From the human T2T-CHM13v2.0 reference genome, Homo sapiens: DNA of 64,000 nt. Location: NCBI RefSeq assembly GCF_009914755.1, contig NC_060926.1. The stretch is one strand, 5' to 3'. Position numbers and translations under genes: made by a program. The notes under the pieces are model-generated. The model was not told where the DNA came from. It saw only the letters and a program-made list of their open reading frames with translations, and ran no database searches. Shown here piece after piece: positions 26,521 through 42,770 of this stretch (within the stretch, counting starts at the first letter, position 1; the number at the start of each line of letters is the position of its first letter).

Positions 26521-29500
26521 TGAACCTATAAAACAATGTCTAATGCATGCATAATCAAATTATATTTACAACAAAATTTAAAGTTCATTGGGCAACAAAC
26601 GTTTGCTTGTGGGATAAATGAATAACACATAACAAATGGCAGAGTTTGTTAATATCGTCTACCTTAGGATTTAGATATAAATAATAACTGTTTCACAGAA
26701 ATAATATAGTTCATATTACTACTACATAACCCTAGTAAGTTTTTTTTTTCCTCTCAGTTCTCTAGTATCTGTAAACAATGTCAATGTTGTTAAGTTCTGT
26801 TTGTTTGCTTGTTCGGTTAATGCTGGTTCAGCTTACTCCTTTGTATACACAGAAACAAACATGGGCCTAATTTCACCGTATGACCCAAAATGTAAAGTCC
26901 CAGACCAAGGAAAAAAAAAAAAAGGACGGAGGATGAGAATGAACTCTGAAGACTGGCATTTGAGCATCTAAGTAATAGTTGGAGTTAACACGAAGGGGAA
27001 GACATTTTCACTTGTGTTTAGCCTGTAAAACAAAAAACAAGGACAAGCTAGAGGGAAGGAATTTGCCAGCAGGCAGATCTATACTTGGGCAGAGAAGGTG
27101 CCACATTCCAGGGCTGATATTAGAAAAAGCCCAGAGGTGTCTAGACACTCATGTCTGCCCCTAAAAAACTCCCTGGGGAGTGGGGAACTGAGAAGGGTCT
27201 GGAAGACAGACAACAGTATATACTATCTGCTCAACATCTTCAATATTTCATTTTATATTTAAAATTTTAAATATCAGAAACAAATGCAGAGATTAAGGAA
27301 TAAAGAAAAAATATAAGAACATCTAAAAAGAAATAAAAGAAGATAATTTATTTAAAAAATAAAAATAATTTTCAATAATACTCTGGGAGCTGTGAATGGT
27401 AGTTGCCTCTAAGAAAAAAAATTGGAGGAAGCTTTCACTTTTTGCTTTGTCTCTGTATTTTTACTGTTTTATAATCACTGGGGTATTACATCTTTTAAAC
27501 AAATAAAATATAAATAAAAGTTTTTAAAATAAAAAATACATTATAGCAGGAATGGCAGAGTATAAAATTTTTACACATCTTAAAAGTGAGAGAAATTACC
27601 TTGGTTTTAAAAAAAATACCTGATACAGTTGTTATCTTGATGAAATAGAACACATTGATTCTATACTGGTAGGAAAAAGAAAACCCTCTGGGAGAGGGAC
27701 CTGATACGATTTTGATTTTCTGTGGGAGGAGACTCCAGGAGACAGGAGGAAAGGGCACGTGAATCAGGAGAGGAAGGCATTAAAGGGAGAAGTCTGGGGG
27801 TGGAATTCCAGCTTGTACATCTTTGTTTTTCCTAAAGCCAGTGGAGTGGCCCTTGTTACCTCCAACCTAGCTCAGAAAAAATAAAAGCTGTTTAGGTATT
27901 TCATGCAGTTTACAAGGAACACTGGATTTCAGTCCCTTGTGTTGAGTTCCCTGGGGATAAAAACAGAACTTTCTCAGTGAAAGACTGGCACGTTAGAAAT
28001 TCATTCCTGCCTCCTTGCTTACGGCTCTCTCCTGGACATGGGCATAGGGTAAGATAGACTGTTATTATTTCTCCTGTAATGCAGGAGATCCACTGTGGGA
28101 ATTTAAATTCTACTGCGTATTTTAAAAATGATTATTAAAAGGCATTCAGGTACAGCAGGCCTTGTGCTTCTTTTATAAAGGTTTAAGCAAATAAGCAAAC
28201 AAACGACCGGGCTGTTGTTATTTAACCTGTGTCCCCAAGGCCCAATACTTCCTTTGAGTACATACATATGAGCTCCTTGGCTTCAAGGGAATCATGACTC
28301 ACAACCGAGGGCAGAATTTGGCCCTTTGAATTCCTGCGATGGGGCTTTCAGAAAAAAAAGAAAAAACACAAATAAGGGGGGTTGGGGGACGGGGGATCTT
28401 GAATTTTATTCAAGCCTAAGCTACTGAGGTCTGTAAGTCCTTGTGTCTGCTTAGTCATCTAGCCCAAGAAGGTGCTTCTGGCCCACCTCCACCCAAGTGG
28501 AAACCATATTGATGAAAGTTCCGTATCTGATGCAGATGATTTAGCAAACACCTTCCCACAGATATTTTTAAGATACTTGTCTCCTTCTTTATGAGTAAAG
28601 TTTTCTTTCCAGCTGCTCTCCTTTTTGTCAGAGTGCCAGTGCGACTTCCAGTATTGTTCTGCTTAGGTTGCTGGGAGGCAAATGAGAGGCAGGGGAAATA
28701 CAGTCCTGGGAGAGGAAGAAGGGGTCAGGGGGCAAGTAAAGCCTGGAGAGGGAGGAGATGGACTTAGAAAACCTGGAGGAAAACAGTGGAAAGAGAGATA
28801 AAGTAAGAACATTAAGGAGAAGGGCTTGCAGAGATAAGGAGTTCAAGGCAGAAACTCGAATGCAGAAAAACAAGAATGAAAGAATATATAGATGACTAAA
28901 CACAAAAAAGGAAAATTGTTTCATTGCATTTTAGAAAAAAAGGTATTACAAGATCTGTTTCCCCCCAATTTTCTCTTGAGCAATTTTTATTGACTCTTGT
29001 TTGGCAGTGTTACAACTTGTTAACAAATATGGTCATCAGCTTCATGTTTTTTCTGGATCCAAATGTTTTATTTTCCATGTTTGTTCTAATAATATAATAA
29101 AGAAGGGTTGAGTAGAAGGAGAAATGTTATAAAAATTAATTCTCATTTGCTTTAAAGTACTTTATACCAGTTATAACTAAATCTACCATTTCATAATAAT
29201 CTTTAAAGAGTATTAAGGTACAGTTACTACATTTTCAAAATCTGGGCTTTCAGATTTAAAATAGGCACTCTTCTTCAAGACAACCCCATCAAAATACAGT
29301 TTATTCATTTATTCTTTCATTTAACTAATATTTGTTCTTTGTTCTAAATATTAAAAATACAAAGTAGAAAAAGACAGCAAGAAGTTTACAATTTAGGGAG
29401 AGGAGAAAAATCAATCCATGTTGGAGCAGATGATACTTGAGGTAGATGTATAAGAATGATAAAAGTTGGTATTACAAAGAAGGTGTAAAGGTAGGAAAAG

Positions 29501-29904
29501 TAGGGGAAGGTGAGACAGGTATTTCAAGAAGAAGAAATTAAGTGTGTAAACACAGGGAAGATGAGATGGAAGAGAGGGTGGGAGAATGAAGCTGAGAGAT
29601 AAACGGGACAAAAACTAAGAAACGCTTATTGAGCTAAGTCAAGGTACCTATCACTAATACTATTGAATAGTATAGAAACCTTAACACCATCATCTTCTTC
29701 ATTGTGACTACTACTATTATGATGAGAGAGATGTAAGCATGTTTATATGGAAAGAGTAAGTAGAATTGGAGGGACTAGAGATTCAAGGAATGGAGAGAAT
29801 GACGGTTGGAACAAAATTCCTCATAATAAAGAGGGAAATACGTATTTTGCTAACATCCTGTATGAGTCGTGGGGGCCCAATTCATGTTGCATTCCTCATG
29901 AATT

Positions 29905-29995
29905 TAGCCACCCAGAGTACAACTCTAGGAGGCACCATTTATATAGACCACAACATGAAAGGGACCTCCGGAGTAGTGCATGGCTGGCAATCCTG
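29905..29995. mobile_element. MER91-like palindromic hAT-Tip100 MITE
   Basis: caactctaggaggcaccatttatatagaccacaacatgaaagggacctccggagtagtgca. Confidence 0.6.
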
Positions 29996-30574
29996 AAAAT
30001 GCAAAGCATGCGTGGAGGAATTGCCCATTTCATTCATGTCCTCTTCTCTGAGTGACAATGTGAACTGCCTCTAATCCACTGAGGCTCTTTACACTGAAAT
30101 CAAGGTTAACTATAAGTATCCACACTCCTATTTGAACAACTACAATCAAGAGAGAAATATAGCTAAGTATTCCATTTTGCCAACCTGATTCTCTTCTAAT
30201 TGTCATTCAACACGTATTTATTGAGCACTTCTTATGCCTCACTAAATGCTAGGCTAGGCTTTGAGAAATGCAAAAAGATGCTAAGCAATCAGTAGCTTCC
30301 AGTGGATTATAATCTGGTTTGAGAGACAAGACATATCTACTCACACAAAGCTGTTAGGAGATGCTGCAAAATAATACGTGAGAGAAACACATTTTAAAAA
30401 TTAACAGCGTTTCATATAATTTAGAGAAAAAGAAATTTAAGGTCATCTTGTTTACTAGTTTTCAAACTGTGCTTTCTGGAACCCTGGGAACTGTGACAAT
30501 GCTTCAGGAGTTCTATAAAGATCAGTGTATTCTCTGCCAAACAATGACGATTTAAATTGATCCAGGAGACTTAC

Positions 30575-30945
30575 CAAGACAATGTGTGTAATAACAAAAA
30601 CTTAGAAACAACCTAAATGTCTCTCAACAGGGGCCTGTCTAAATGAATTATGGGGCCTTCATACAATGGAATATTAAATAGCTGTTTTTTAAAGGAAAAA
30701 TGAATCTGTGTGTGTTGTTAGAGAAATACCTTTAAGATCTATAATTAAGGGGAAAATGTAAGCTGCAAAAAATGTGCATAGCATAATCTCATTTATGTAA
30801 AAAAAGTGGATGTGTGTGTATTACATGGGCATGTGTGTTTGTATATGGCTTATATACACATTAATTATTATTTCTGGAAGGATACAATTTCTGGAAAGTG
30901 TTTTTTCTCTTGGTAGTGGGACTAGGAGTGGTATAGGGAAGAAAT
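30575..30945 (+). mobile_element. L1M (L1ME-like) 3' fragment
   Basis: ataacaaaaacttagaaacaacctaaatgtc...aaatgaattatgg...catacaatggaatatta. Confidence 0.7.
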
Positions 30946-31017
30946 GGGAAATTACTGATCTAGTCCAACCTCTCATTTTATTGACAGATAACTGAGATTC
31001 AGGAATAATATGACTGA

Positions 31018-31485
<468 letters not shown>

Positions 31486-31819
31486 TAATATGTAAACATG
31501 TTTCACTCATCAGTCAATGGTTTTCAAAACTTCTATTAATGGTCGTACTGAATAGGATTAATTACTCCTTGAAGGACAGAGTCTATCCCCATCTAGGGCA
31601 GTAGGACAGCTCCTGGGAGACACACTCAGTGAACAGTGGTTCAGTTGAAATGCTTGTTGACTTCGTAGGTTTTCTGGGGGGCAGTTGTCCCCACACTTGT
31701 AAATAGGAATAATTACTTGAGTCTCTCATCTTAGTCTGGTTTGCTGTGAGAATAGAATGTCATAATGGATGTAAGGGCACTAAATAGTTCTTAACCACTT
31801 TAAGGGAGGAGTATATTTC

Positions 31820-32030
31820 AGAGAAGTCAAAATCTAGGCTCTGTCGCTTACTGGTGTGTGACCTTGTTCAAACTGTGTGCTTCAGCCTCTGTAATTATGT
31901 TTCTTTATCTGCTCAATGAGAAGAAGAATAACACCTAACTCCTGGGGTTATTATCAGGTATAAATAAGATATGAATGTAAAATGCTTATAGCTCAGTGTT
32001 TGGCATACAAAACATTCATAGTTGTTACTG
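31820..32030 (+). mobile_element. MIR
   Basis: ggctctgtcgcttactggtgtgtgaccttg...atctgctcaatgagaagaagaataacacct...tgtaaaatgcttatagctcagtg. Confidence 0.75.
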
Positions 32031-32216
32031 TTTTTCTTGCTATATTTTCAAATAAAATATTTGTGTGTGTTCAGGTCTATTGGTGGTAAGTCACTCTAGC
32101 ACTCTCTTATTTTAGCCAAATTAATATAATTTCAGATTCTCCTTGGAACTTTGAGCAAACCAAGAAATCCATTTTATATCAAGAAAACAAGCTGTCACTT
32201 CTGTACATTTGTACAC

Positions 32217-32511
<295 letters not shown>

Positions 32512-32768
32512 CCACTTTTTTTTTTTTTAATTGAGCAACTACCATGTCCAAGGCTCTGGGCTAAGTATTGGGGCACAGGGATGAAAATGACACAGTCCCT
32601 GTGCTCAAGGTGCTTAGAGTCCAATGGGCTGTCCTGTCATTCTCAATCTCAAGAGACAGTTCTTGGCACATGAGAAACTAATCACATTCATTGTATTTAT
32701 GGGGTAAAGTGTAGGCAGTGGCAGAATAACTGATTTGCAGGCTTGGAGAGGTAGAGCAAATCACAGCT

Positions 32769-32970
32769 CAGGTGTTCTCAAACTTTTTGGTCTCAGGATC
32801 CTTTTACATTCTTAAAAGGTATTGAGGATCCTAACAAGCTTTTAAAAATATACATTATAGCTATTGTTAATTGTATTTGAAATTAAAGCAGAGAAATTTG
32901 GAAAACATTTGTTTAAAATTAAGAATAAACATGCTAACATAAAAAATATTTTTTGGAAAAATAATTATAT
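32769..32970 (+). mobile_element. Charlie1-family 5' fragment
   Basis: caggtgttctcaaactttttggtctcaggatccttttacattcttaaaaggtattgagg; similar to 255-400 of this window. Confidence 0.75.
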
Positions 32971-33397
32971 GGTTATGGTATAGAATAGATGATTGCTTCC
33001 TGAGTTTTAACTTACCTTTGGAGAAGGAGAAAGTGAAAATGAGCTATTCCATGATGGTGAGTATGTTCTTACAATAGTGGTTTTAGAATGCTCATCTATG
33101 ACGCATGGTTCAGTCAGACATATGCCCATGTGTGGCTTGGGATCTTGAGGCCATCAACTTTACCCCAATCTCCCTCTGCCCTTGAGAACTGCCTGTCCAA
33201 GGATGTTCCTCGGTGATAAAGGTTGTATGTTGTGCAACCAGGAAAGGACTGCTTGCAAACTCTGACGTTTGGGTTCTCCAGCCAAAGACCTTGGACAGGC
33301 ATCATTAGGAGCAATAAATAAATGCAGCATCAGGACAGAGAGAGTGTGGATTTGCACCATCAGGAACAAAAGAGGAATTAACTTCCTGAAACTCCAC

Positions 33398-33636
33398 TTT
33401 GTTTGTTTGTTTTTCAGATGAGGTCTCACTCTGTTGCTCAGGCTGGAGTGTGGTGGCACAATCATGGATCACTGCAGCCTCGACCTCCCCAGGCTCAGGT
33501 GATCCTCCCACCTCAGCCTCCTGAGTAGCTGGGACTATAGGCACATGCCACCATGCTCAGCTAATTGTTGTATTTTTATTTTTATTTTTTATAGAGACGG
33601 GGTCTGTGTCACCCAGGCTGGTCTAGAACTCCTGCC
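33398..33636 (-). mobile_element. AluJ, truncated
   Basis: gatcactgcagcctcgacctccccaggctcaggtgatcctcccacctcagcc, J-type right monomer. Confidence 0.88.
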
Positions 33637-34437
33637 CTCATGCCAAATCTCCTTTCTGAAATATATTTTCTTCTATATTTCCCAATGTCTATGTAGAGTA
33701 TCATTGTTTTTCCAGCCATCAAGGATAGAAAATGTGGTCATCTTTGATTTTTTTGGTTCTCCTCTATCTACCAATTCTGCTTTAACAAAAAGCCTGAACT
33801 CAGCAAGGTAGAAACAAGTAATGATTTTGCAGCTCCCCATCACTGTTTTCAATCATGTGCTGTTGAATTTCCTCTCTCTGTTCCTTAATACATCTTCAGC
33901 AGATCACAGAGCTTGTAGTTACTTTCTGTAGTCCAGATTAAGACTCATGTTCGTTTATTTAAAAGTCTAGTCCAGGTAAAATCAAATCTTTTCTTTGGTT
34001 TCCAGTTCAAAGCGTGTGACCTTATTCCATTGTGCAGGTTTCCTCCAGATCTGCAGTGACCTGAATTGGAGGCCCATCCCAGGTCAGGGGTCCCCCACTG
34101 TGGCTTACGAGTGGAGTCTTAGGATTTCACTGACCCATAGATTGTGGTGTGTCTCCTCTTCATCCTTTCCCATGTGGAAGTGTTTAGTGAGGTTATCTTG
34201 CTCCTATTCTGTCATTGCACATTGGTTGTGAAGGGGGTTAATAGCTTGTTATTTAATTTACAGTTATTTGGATCAAAATGAACCACTATCCAGACCTAAT
34301 CCAGAGACTATCACAAGATCCTGAACTATAAGCTTAGTCCCATGAGTAAATAGGAATTTGGGATTATCTCTTTTGAGGAAAGAGTGAATAAATTGTGCAA
34401 AAGTAGGGAGTAGTATTATGTGACCAAGAGGGCAGAT

Positions 34438-34806
34438 GGTGACAGATTGCATTCTTGTTCAGAATGTTTGTTACTCCTCCCTAAGGGGAACTAAACGCCC
34501 TCCCCCATGGACATCAGGCTTGCCCATGTGACTAACTTTGGCTAACAAAATGAGGGCAAAAGTGATAACTTTCCACTTCCCAGCAGAAGCTTTAAGGGGC
34601 TTTCCCTTTTGTCATGCCATAGCAGTGTCCAAGATGGAGTAGTTCCTTCACCCTGGACTCCAGAGTGAAGAGAACTCCAGACAGCCCCAGCAGACCTGCA
34701 GCCAACATGCAATGTGAACAAGGAATGACCTTTGTTTTCATAAATCACTAAGACTTGAGGGCTTTTTGTTACCACAGAATAACCTAGCCTAAGATTGCTA
34801 TTAATT
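34438..34806 (+). mobile_element. MLT1I/H-like MaLR LTR
   Basis: ggcttgcccatgtgactaactttggctaacaaaatgagggc; cccagcagaagctttaag; ttgttaccacagaataacctagcct. Confidence 0.7.
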
Positions 34807-34864
34807 CTTAAATCGTTTTGCATGCCTCGTGTTTTCCTCTCCTCCTCAACCTTTGCTTATGCAA

Positions 34865-35030
34865 GACTGCATGGTTAAAGCTAGCTGGGCTTTGCTTCTA
34901 ATCCTGACTCTACCATTTTTTACGTGTGTTACTTTGGGTAAGTCACTTGATCTCTCATCAGTTCATCTTAAAAATAAAGCAAATGGTACTAGGATATGAA
35001 TGCCTAGCATAATATAAGCACTTGATAAAA
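34865..35030 (+). mobile_element. MIR
   Basis: aatcctgactctacca...tgtgttactttgggtaagtcacttga. Confidence 0.65.
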
Positions 35031-35340
35031 GTTTTCTACTAAATTTTGTTCCTCACAGGAGATGTTGGTATGAAGGACTAGTTATTTACTTGAATTTTTG
35101 TTCTTGTTGTTCAGTAATTTCCCAGTAATACTTCTAGCTCCTATTTCTTCCTTCAAAGATTTAAGAAATCTGAAAAAGATCCTTACATACGTTCTACTCT
35201 CCTCTAATAGGAGACTTAACTTACGTTATTTTCTTTGTCTACCTCTGAAATCTCTATGTACTATATTTACAATTTCATAATTTACTAATGTTACGGACTT
35301 CTGTATTCATGCCTCATCCTCATCTTCATACGCCTTACTA

Positions 35341-35645
<305 letters not shown>

Positions 35646-38467
35646 TAACTTTTGTGAGGACAGGGACTATATCTTATTCATCTTTATAACTCTTTAGGAC
35701 TTAGCTCACAATTATGTATGACAGTTAATAGATGAAATATTTACCCTTTTCTAGATAACAAAATGATGAAATTATTTTTCAAGCTATCCTAATGAAGGGA
35801 ATTTTACATGAATATGTGCCCCCCTGGTCTATCATAATCAGAGGTTTACGCCTTAATCTTCCAAAGACAGACCTGCTTAGAAGATGCCTGACCAGTCCCC
35901 TTTGACAAATTGGAATGGTCTGAAATGAGGCATGCAGAGCTAAAGATCTCATTTAAAATATTTTCCCAGGGTTAGAAAATATCATTTGGAAACTTGAAAG
36001 CCAAAGGCTCTGTTTTTAAAAAATAAATTAAAAATTTGGAATTGTATGTTGTCTTTGTTTTTAGCAAGACTCAAGTTCCTAGCTGACTTCTGTTTGTTTG
36101 TTTTCTCTGGGAACCAAGTAGCCGCACTACACCCAAGCATGTATCATTTCACGACAATGACTCAGAAAGCAGTGCAGATGTCATGGCTTACCTAGTCCCT
36201 AAAAAATGCCTACCATGCAGGAAATGAAATAAGGTTCTTGGACTCAGCAGAAATGGGGTGAGGATAAAGAGGCTGCTTTGAATTTGTGGGCTTTCCCGGA
36301 CTGCTTTGGAAACATCTCATGCAAATCCAAACAGTATCTGGGTCACAGATAGTTTTTGACCAGTAATTTCTGAATATACTTCTGGTCTTCTAGTATACTT
36401 AGAGGTAGTAGGTCTATTTGGAAAAATAAAACAATTTGAATAATTTAGATAGTTTGATACACTTCTACCAGTGAGGATCTTTTTCTTTTTCGTAACAGTC
36501 TGCCATTCCTGGAACCATTTCCAAGGCCTAAAATTTTATTATACCGAGCAACAGATAGAATCCAGTCATCTAGTGCTTCTACCAACAACTTAAATATGCA
36601 TGATCCGTTGTTTCTGAGTATGGCTTTTTTGTGGCTCTCTCTCTATATATAAATTTAGTCCAGCTTTTTAACCAAGAGACAGCTTGCTAGAAACATGAAT
36701 TGTATCATTGTATTTGACTAAACATTTAGTCTGTAACTCTTATGACTTTAGAAGCCTGTCAGATGCTATTTGGAAACTTTCTCTTTAGTCTTGGTTATAA
36801 TAAACCAAAAGTACCTAGAATTCTATGGGACATAGACTGTCAGGAAATGTTGAGTGTATCATTTTTGGGGAAAAGCAGACACTTTTACAAGAAGACTTCA
36901 ATATGCAAATAAGAAAAGATTTAAGAATATGCAAATAGAAAAACATTTAAGAATGAGGAAGGATTTAAGAAGAATAGAACCATCAAGATGTAAAGCAAAT
37001 CATTTCATACTTACTTTGAGATCCAGGCTTGTATACTATTCTAAAATGGGGGCTGTTACATTTCTGCCATGACAGAGAAGTTTTTGGGGGGAAATCCCAA
37101 CGATGACCACAGCCTAAAAATGCACAGCTTAGAGGGGAGTTTCCAATGGACTTGGTCTTCAGCCAAGCCCCAGGTCATTCATTCAAAGTGCCCCTGCAGT
37201 ATAACTAAATGCTTGTCCTGATCTAGCATCAGCATTTATGCATAGATAATAGGAGTTAGTACTAAGAATCCTCAGGGGGAGAGATGTACTGTGAAGATGT
37301 GAGCTGCGTTACATTCAAGGACATCAGCTAGCACAGTGTTGAAGACAATCAGCCCTGACTGAATCTGTGTGTCAGTGTTACGGCTTGCTCAGTTAGGACT
37401 CCAGTGAAAACCAGCAACAACAAATGACTACGACATTACTCAGCAAAAAATATAGTTTTGTCTCTTTTCCTAGTTTGTGATGAAGGCAAAGAACCCTCAG
37501 TAGGCATCTTTTGTTTAAGCAATAGACAAACAGAAAGAAAAAAAAAAGCATTTTAGACTATCCATCATGGCATTTGAATATTGAGTATTTTACTGACATT
37601 TCAGTTCCCACCATCACACTCTAAATAGTGTAAGAATGTTTTATTCGGCAACAAGAAGGAGACAGTGGAGCAAGAATAGAGTTTGGAGTCTCATAGACTT
37701 CAGCATAAATGCTGCCTCTGTCATGGGACAAGTTGTTTAAACTTACTGAGTTCCAGTTTCTTCTCTTTCAGTTATTGTCAGATTGAATGATATGGATTAG
37801 AGAACTAGACCATGCTTCTTGCAGGTACAGACCGTGACCCATTCTTCTTGGTATTCCTGGTGCTTGGCAAACAGTGTTTATTGATTGAATTAATGAATGA
37901 ACAAATGATATACTGATGCATTAGCAAGTATGAGCCTGGCTCAATAAATGTAAGTGGTCAATAAATGTTCATTTCCTCTGGGTAAAGTAGCTGTGGGATT
38001 ATCCTCAGAGTCAGTCTGGGGTGTTAACAGCTCCCTCCTTTTATACCAGGATTGAATTTTGGCCTACACCAGGACTTGAATTTTGATGAGGATAAGTGGG
38101 GATACATTGCCAACTGTAGGAATTACATTTATTGGTCCACTTCCAAAAAGAGTGAAATGGAGAAAACATGTAGGGAAGAACAAACCTGATCTTGACAAAA
38201 TCTTTTTCATGGGCGAAATGTCACTTTGCTTGCATGAATTCTGCAGTTCAGCCATGGGGATACAATTGAATTCTTTTAGTAATTATTTATTCTTTTAGAT
38301 GAATGCCTAATCTTTTTGGAGAATTTAGTCAAGGTAAACAGACCTCAAACATTCTTCTGAATTAGACTCTTATTTACCTCATTTTTCATATGAAAAGTCT
38401 GAACAGGTTGTTAAATTGAAGTCACATATGTGTCGTTCAATATTTTAGCAATTTATACATTGTGTAA

Positions 38468-38789
38468 TTTTTTATTTTATTTTATTTATTTATTTTTTAT
38501 TTTGAGATGGAGTCTCGCTCTGTTACCGGGGTTGGAATGCAGTAGGCGTGAACTTGGCTCACTGCAACCTCCGCCTCTCAGGTTCAAGCGATTCTCCTGC
38601 CTCAGCCTCCTGAGTTGCTGGGATTACAGGTGCCCGCCACCTCACCTGGCTAATTTTTGTACTTTTTAGTAGAGACAGGGTTTCACCATGTTGGCTAGGC
38701 TGGTCTCAAACTCCTGACCTCAAGTGATCCTCCTGCCTTGGCCTCCCAAAGGGCTGAAATTATAGGCATGAGCCACCACACTGGGTCGG
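38468..38789 (-). mobile_element. AluS
   Basis: Reverse dimer; TSD cattgtgtaattt / cattgtataattt. Confidence 0.93.
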
Positions 38790-39493
38790 CATTGTATAAT
38801 TTAAATAAATACTTAAAGGAACATTTCCATATATATGATTATTGTGTTATAAATAATGAGCTTTATTATATTGTTGTTGTTGCACTGTAAAAGATACCAT
38901 TATTATAACTGAAGCCATGTGGGGCTTTTTTTTTTTTTTTCTAGTCAGTAGAAACACTGACATAACACTTCCAATGCACATCAGAATTACTTTGAATGTT
39001 TGCTTATAAATTATTGAAAGAATAAGAGTGTAAACTGTAGCATATAAATGATATAAAAAGAAATGAATGCATGAATTATATTCCAGTTAAAGAAGGTTTC
39101 TTTTCAAATAATCAGCACAGGAAAGGATGAGCTAATGTCATTTTCCTGAAGTTACTTTCATCCTTGAAGACACACCTTGTGTTAGCAATCTGGGGGCTTG
39201 CTTTTTAGCAAGTCAAGACGTCACTGGAGTAATCATAAATCTTCACATATAATGGAAATTTTGAGTTAATTGGCAGCACAAATTCTCGGTGTGATAACTC
39301 AGGGTTGGCATTGATTAGTATGACTTTTTCAAGACCGACAAGCAAAGACCATAAGAATGAATTGTATATCCAAGATATAAACCCTTGTGCTCTGACTACA
39401 AAATTCAAATGTTACTGAATTCATGGAAAGTTTCTGAAGGAACCTAAATGGGAAGTGGAGGTAGATTGAAAAGGGGAGAAAGGGGACCACACC

Positions 39494-39786
39494 TTTTTTT
39501 TTGGAGACTGAGTCTTGCTCTGTCACCCAGGCTGGGGTGCAGTTGTGTGATCTTGGCTCACTGCAACCTCGGCCTCCTGGGTTCCAGCGATTCTCCTGCC
39601 TTGGCCTCCTCAGTAGCTGGGATTACAGGCGCACACTGCCACACCAGGCAAATTTTTTGTATTTTTAGTGGAGACGGGGTTTCACTGTGTTGGTCAGGAT
39701 GGTCTCGAACTCCTGAGCTCAGGCCATCCACCTGGCTTGGCCTTCCAAAGTGCTGGGATTGCCGGCGTGAGCCACTGCACCTGGCC
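39494..39786 (-). mobile_element. AluS
   Basis: Reverse dimer with short T tail. Confidence 0.92.
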
Positions 39787-40035
39787 TACACTTTTTAATT
39801 TGACTACTAAACCTCAAATTCAGCAGGAAAATGTTAATTATTTTGAGGGAAATAGTGGCAAAGAACAAGGTTATAGCCCTTTCCAGTGGAGAGGCAAATG
39901 GGCAGCTACAAGGAATCAGCTTCTTTTCCTCATATAGAGAAAACTCTAAATGACCATTTCAGCTCCCCCTGTAGGATCAGCTGTAGACTCAAATGCAACC
40001 AAATTGCAGACCAGTTTCTCCTTCCACCTAGTCTC

Positions 40036-40178
40036 TCCTTCCTTCCTTCCTTCCTTCCTTCTTTCCTTCCTTCCTTCCTTCCTTCTTTCCTTCCCTCCCT
40101 CCCTCCCTTCCTCCCTCCCTCCCTCCCTCCTTCCTTCCTTCCTTCCTTCCTTCCTTCCTTCCTTCCTTCCTTCCTTCC
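40036..40178. repeat. (TTCC)n/(TCCC)n polypyrimidine microsatellite
   Basis: About 140 bp of C/T tetramers. Confidence 0.97.
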
Positions 40179-40960
40179 ATGCAGGTCTGTCTGCTGAGAT
40201 CACATCCCAGTGAACATTTTGCACACCACTGTCAGACTCAGAGTCTATTCCCAGATAATCCAATTTAAGCTAGCTACAATTGATTATAACTATTATCACT
40301 TCTTGGAGACGTTTGATATTATGCCTATTACCCATCAGACCCCAAAGCATCCAAGTTATTCTGAACTGACAGAGGGTCCTGTGGAGTCAGCACTTCATTC
40401 TCTTGGCCCTGGCTCTGTCCATTCTCTACATCTTCCCCTTTCCCATAGCCCAGTCCTCAGGTTCTGTGGATTGAAAGCGGAGTCTGCTGTATTCAATACT
40501 CTAGTGAGACACAATTGCTTGTTAACACCAAATCCCACTGTAGTGCAATGGTTTGCAGCTTTAGTGTTCCCAGACACTTTGGATTCTAGAATATTTGGTG
40601 GCTCACTCAGAGAGATTCCTTTGCATCTATAAATATAACCTTTAATAACCTGTCAGTGTTACATCACTGGTTGCATAGAGTTGTTTGTTGTCTTTTCAGG
40701 ATTCTTGAAAATATTTCCAAGGCAAGGTCCTTGAGTGTTTCAGAAAATATGTAACTTTCAGAGATTACAGGCTGCTCTCATGCTACTTTTGAAACTTTAT
40801 CTGTTGCTTACCTAGTGCTCTGCACTGCAATATGTAACCTACCTAGCTCAATATTGCTTCTGGAATATATAGTAAAATCAGCAAAATCATTTATTGTAGC
40901 AAAAATAAAAAATGACCCATTGATCATTGAATTTGGTAGCACACAATCAAAAGACGTGAT

Positions 40961-41652
<692 letters not shown>

Positions 41653-41889
41653 GCATCTGTATTTTGTAACTCCCCAGTCCATTCTACAGTGAGTTATTTG
41701 AACCTGAACCAACATTTAAAATCAGAGTCATGTTGTTCAGAGTGTGTAAACCAAAATGGGTAGACCTCTACAGAATGATATGTGAAGAGGGCTGACATTT
41801 GACTGCACGCAGTCTAAGTCCAGTACCCTGTACTATGGGACATTTATACTGTCACAACTGATGAATCAATTGGCCCCAGGTAGTACACG

Positions 41890-42040
41890 CCATTGTTTCT
41901 AAGTGTATGAGTAACACTGGAATCAGAATCACCTGGAATCCATGAAAAAATGCACATTCCCAGGTCCCACCCCAAACCTTTGAAATCAGGATTTGGAGGC
42001 ATCATGCCCAGAAGGTATGCTTTTAGCAAGCTTCCCATGT
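41890..42040. mobile_element. MER5-family MITE
   Basis: atcagaatcacctggaa...cattcccaggtcccaccccaaacctttgaaatcagga...tgcttttagcaagc. Confidence 0.7.
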
Positions 42041-42041
42041 A

Positions 42042-42770
<729 letters not shown>

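Noticed and set aside
39961-39975. CTCF-like motif CCTACAGGGGGAGCT on minus (weaker ones near 26510, 48820, 49515)
   Set aside because: Several mismatches to the core consensus; cannot be supported without PWM scoring or ChIP data
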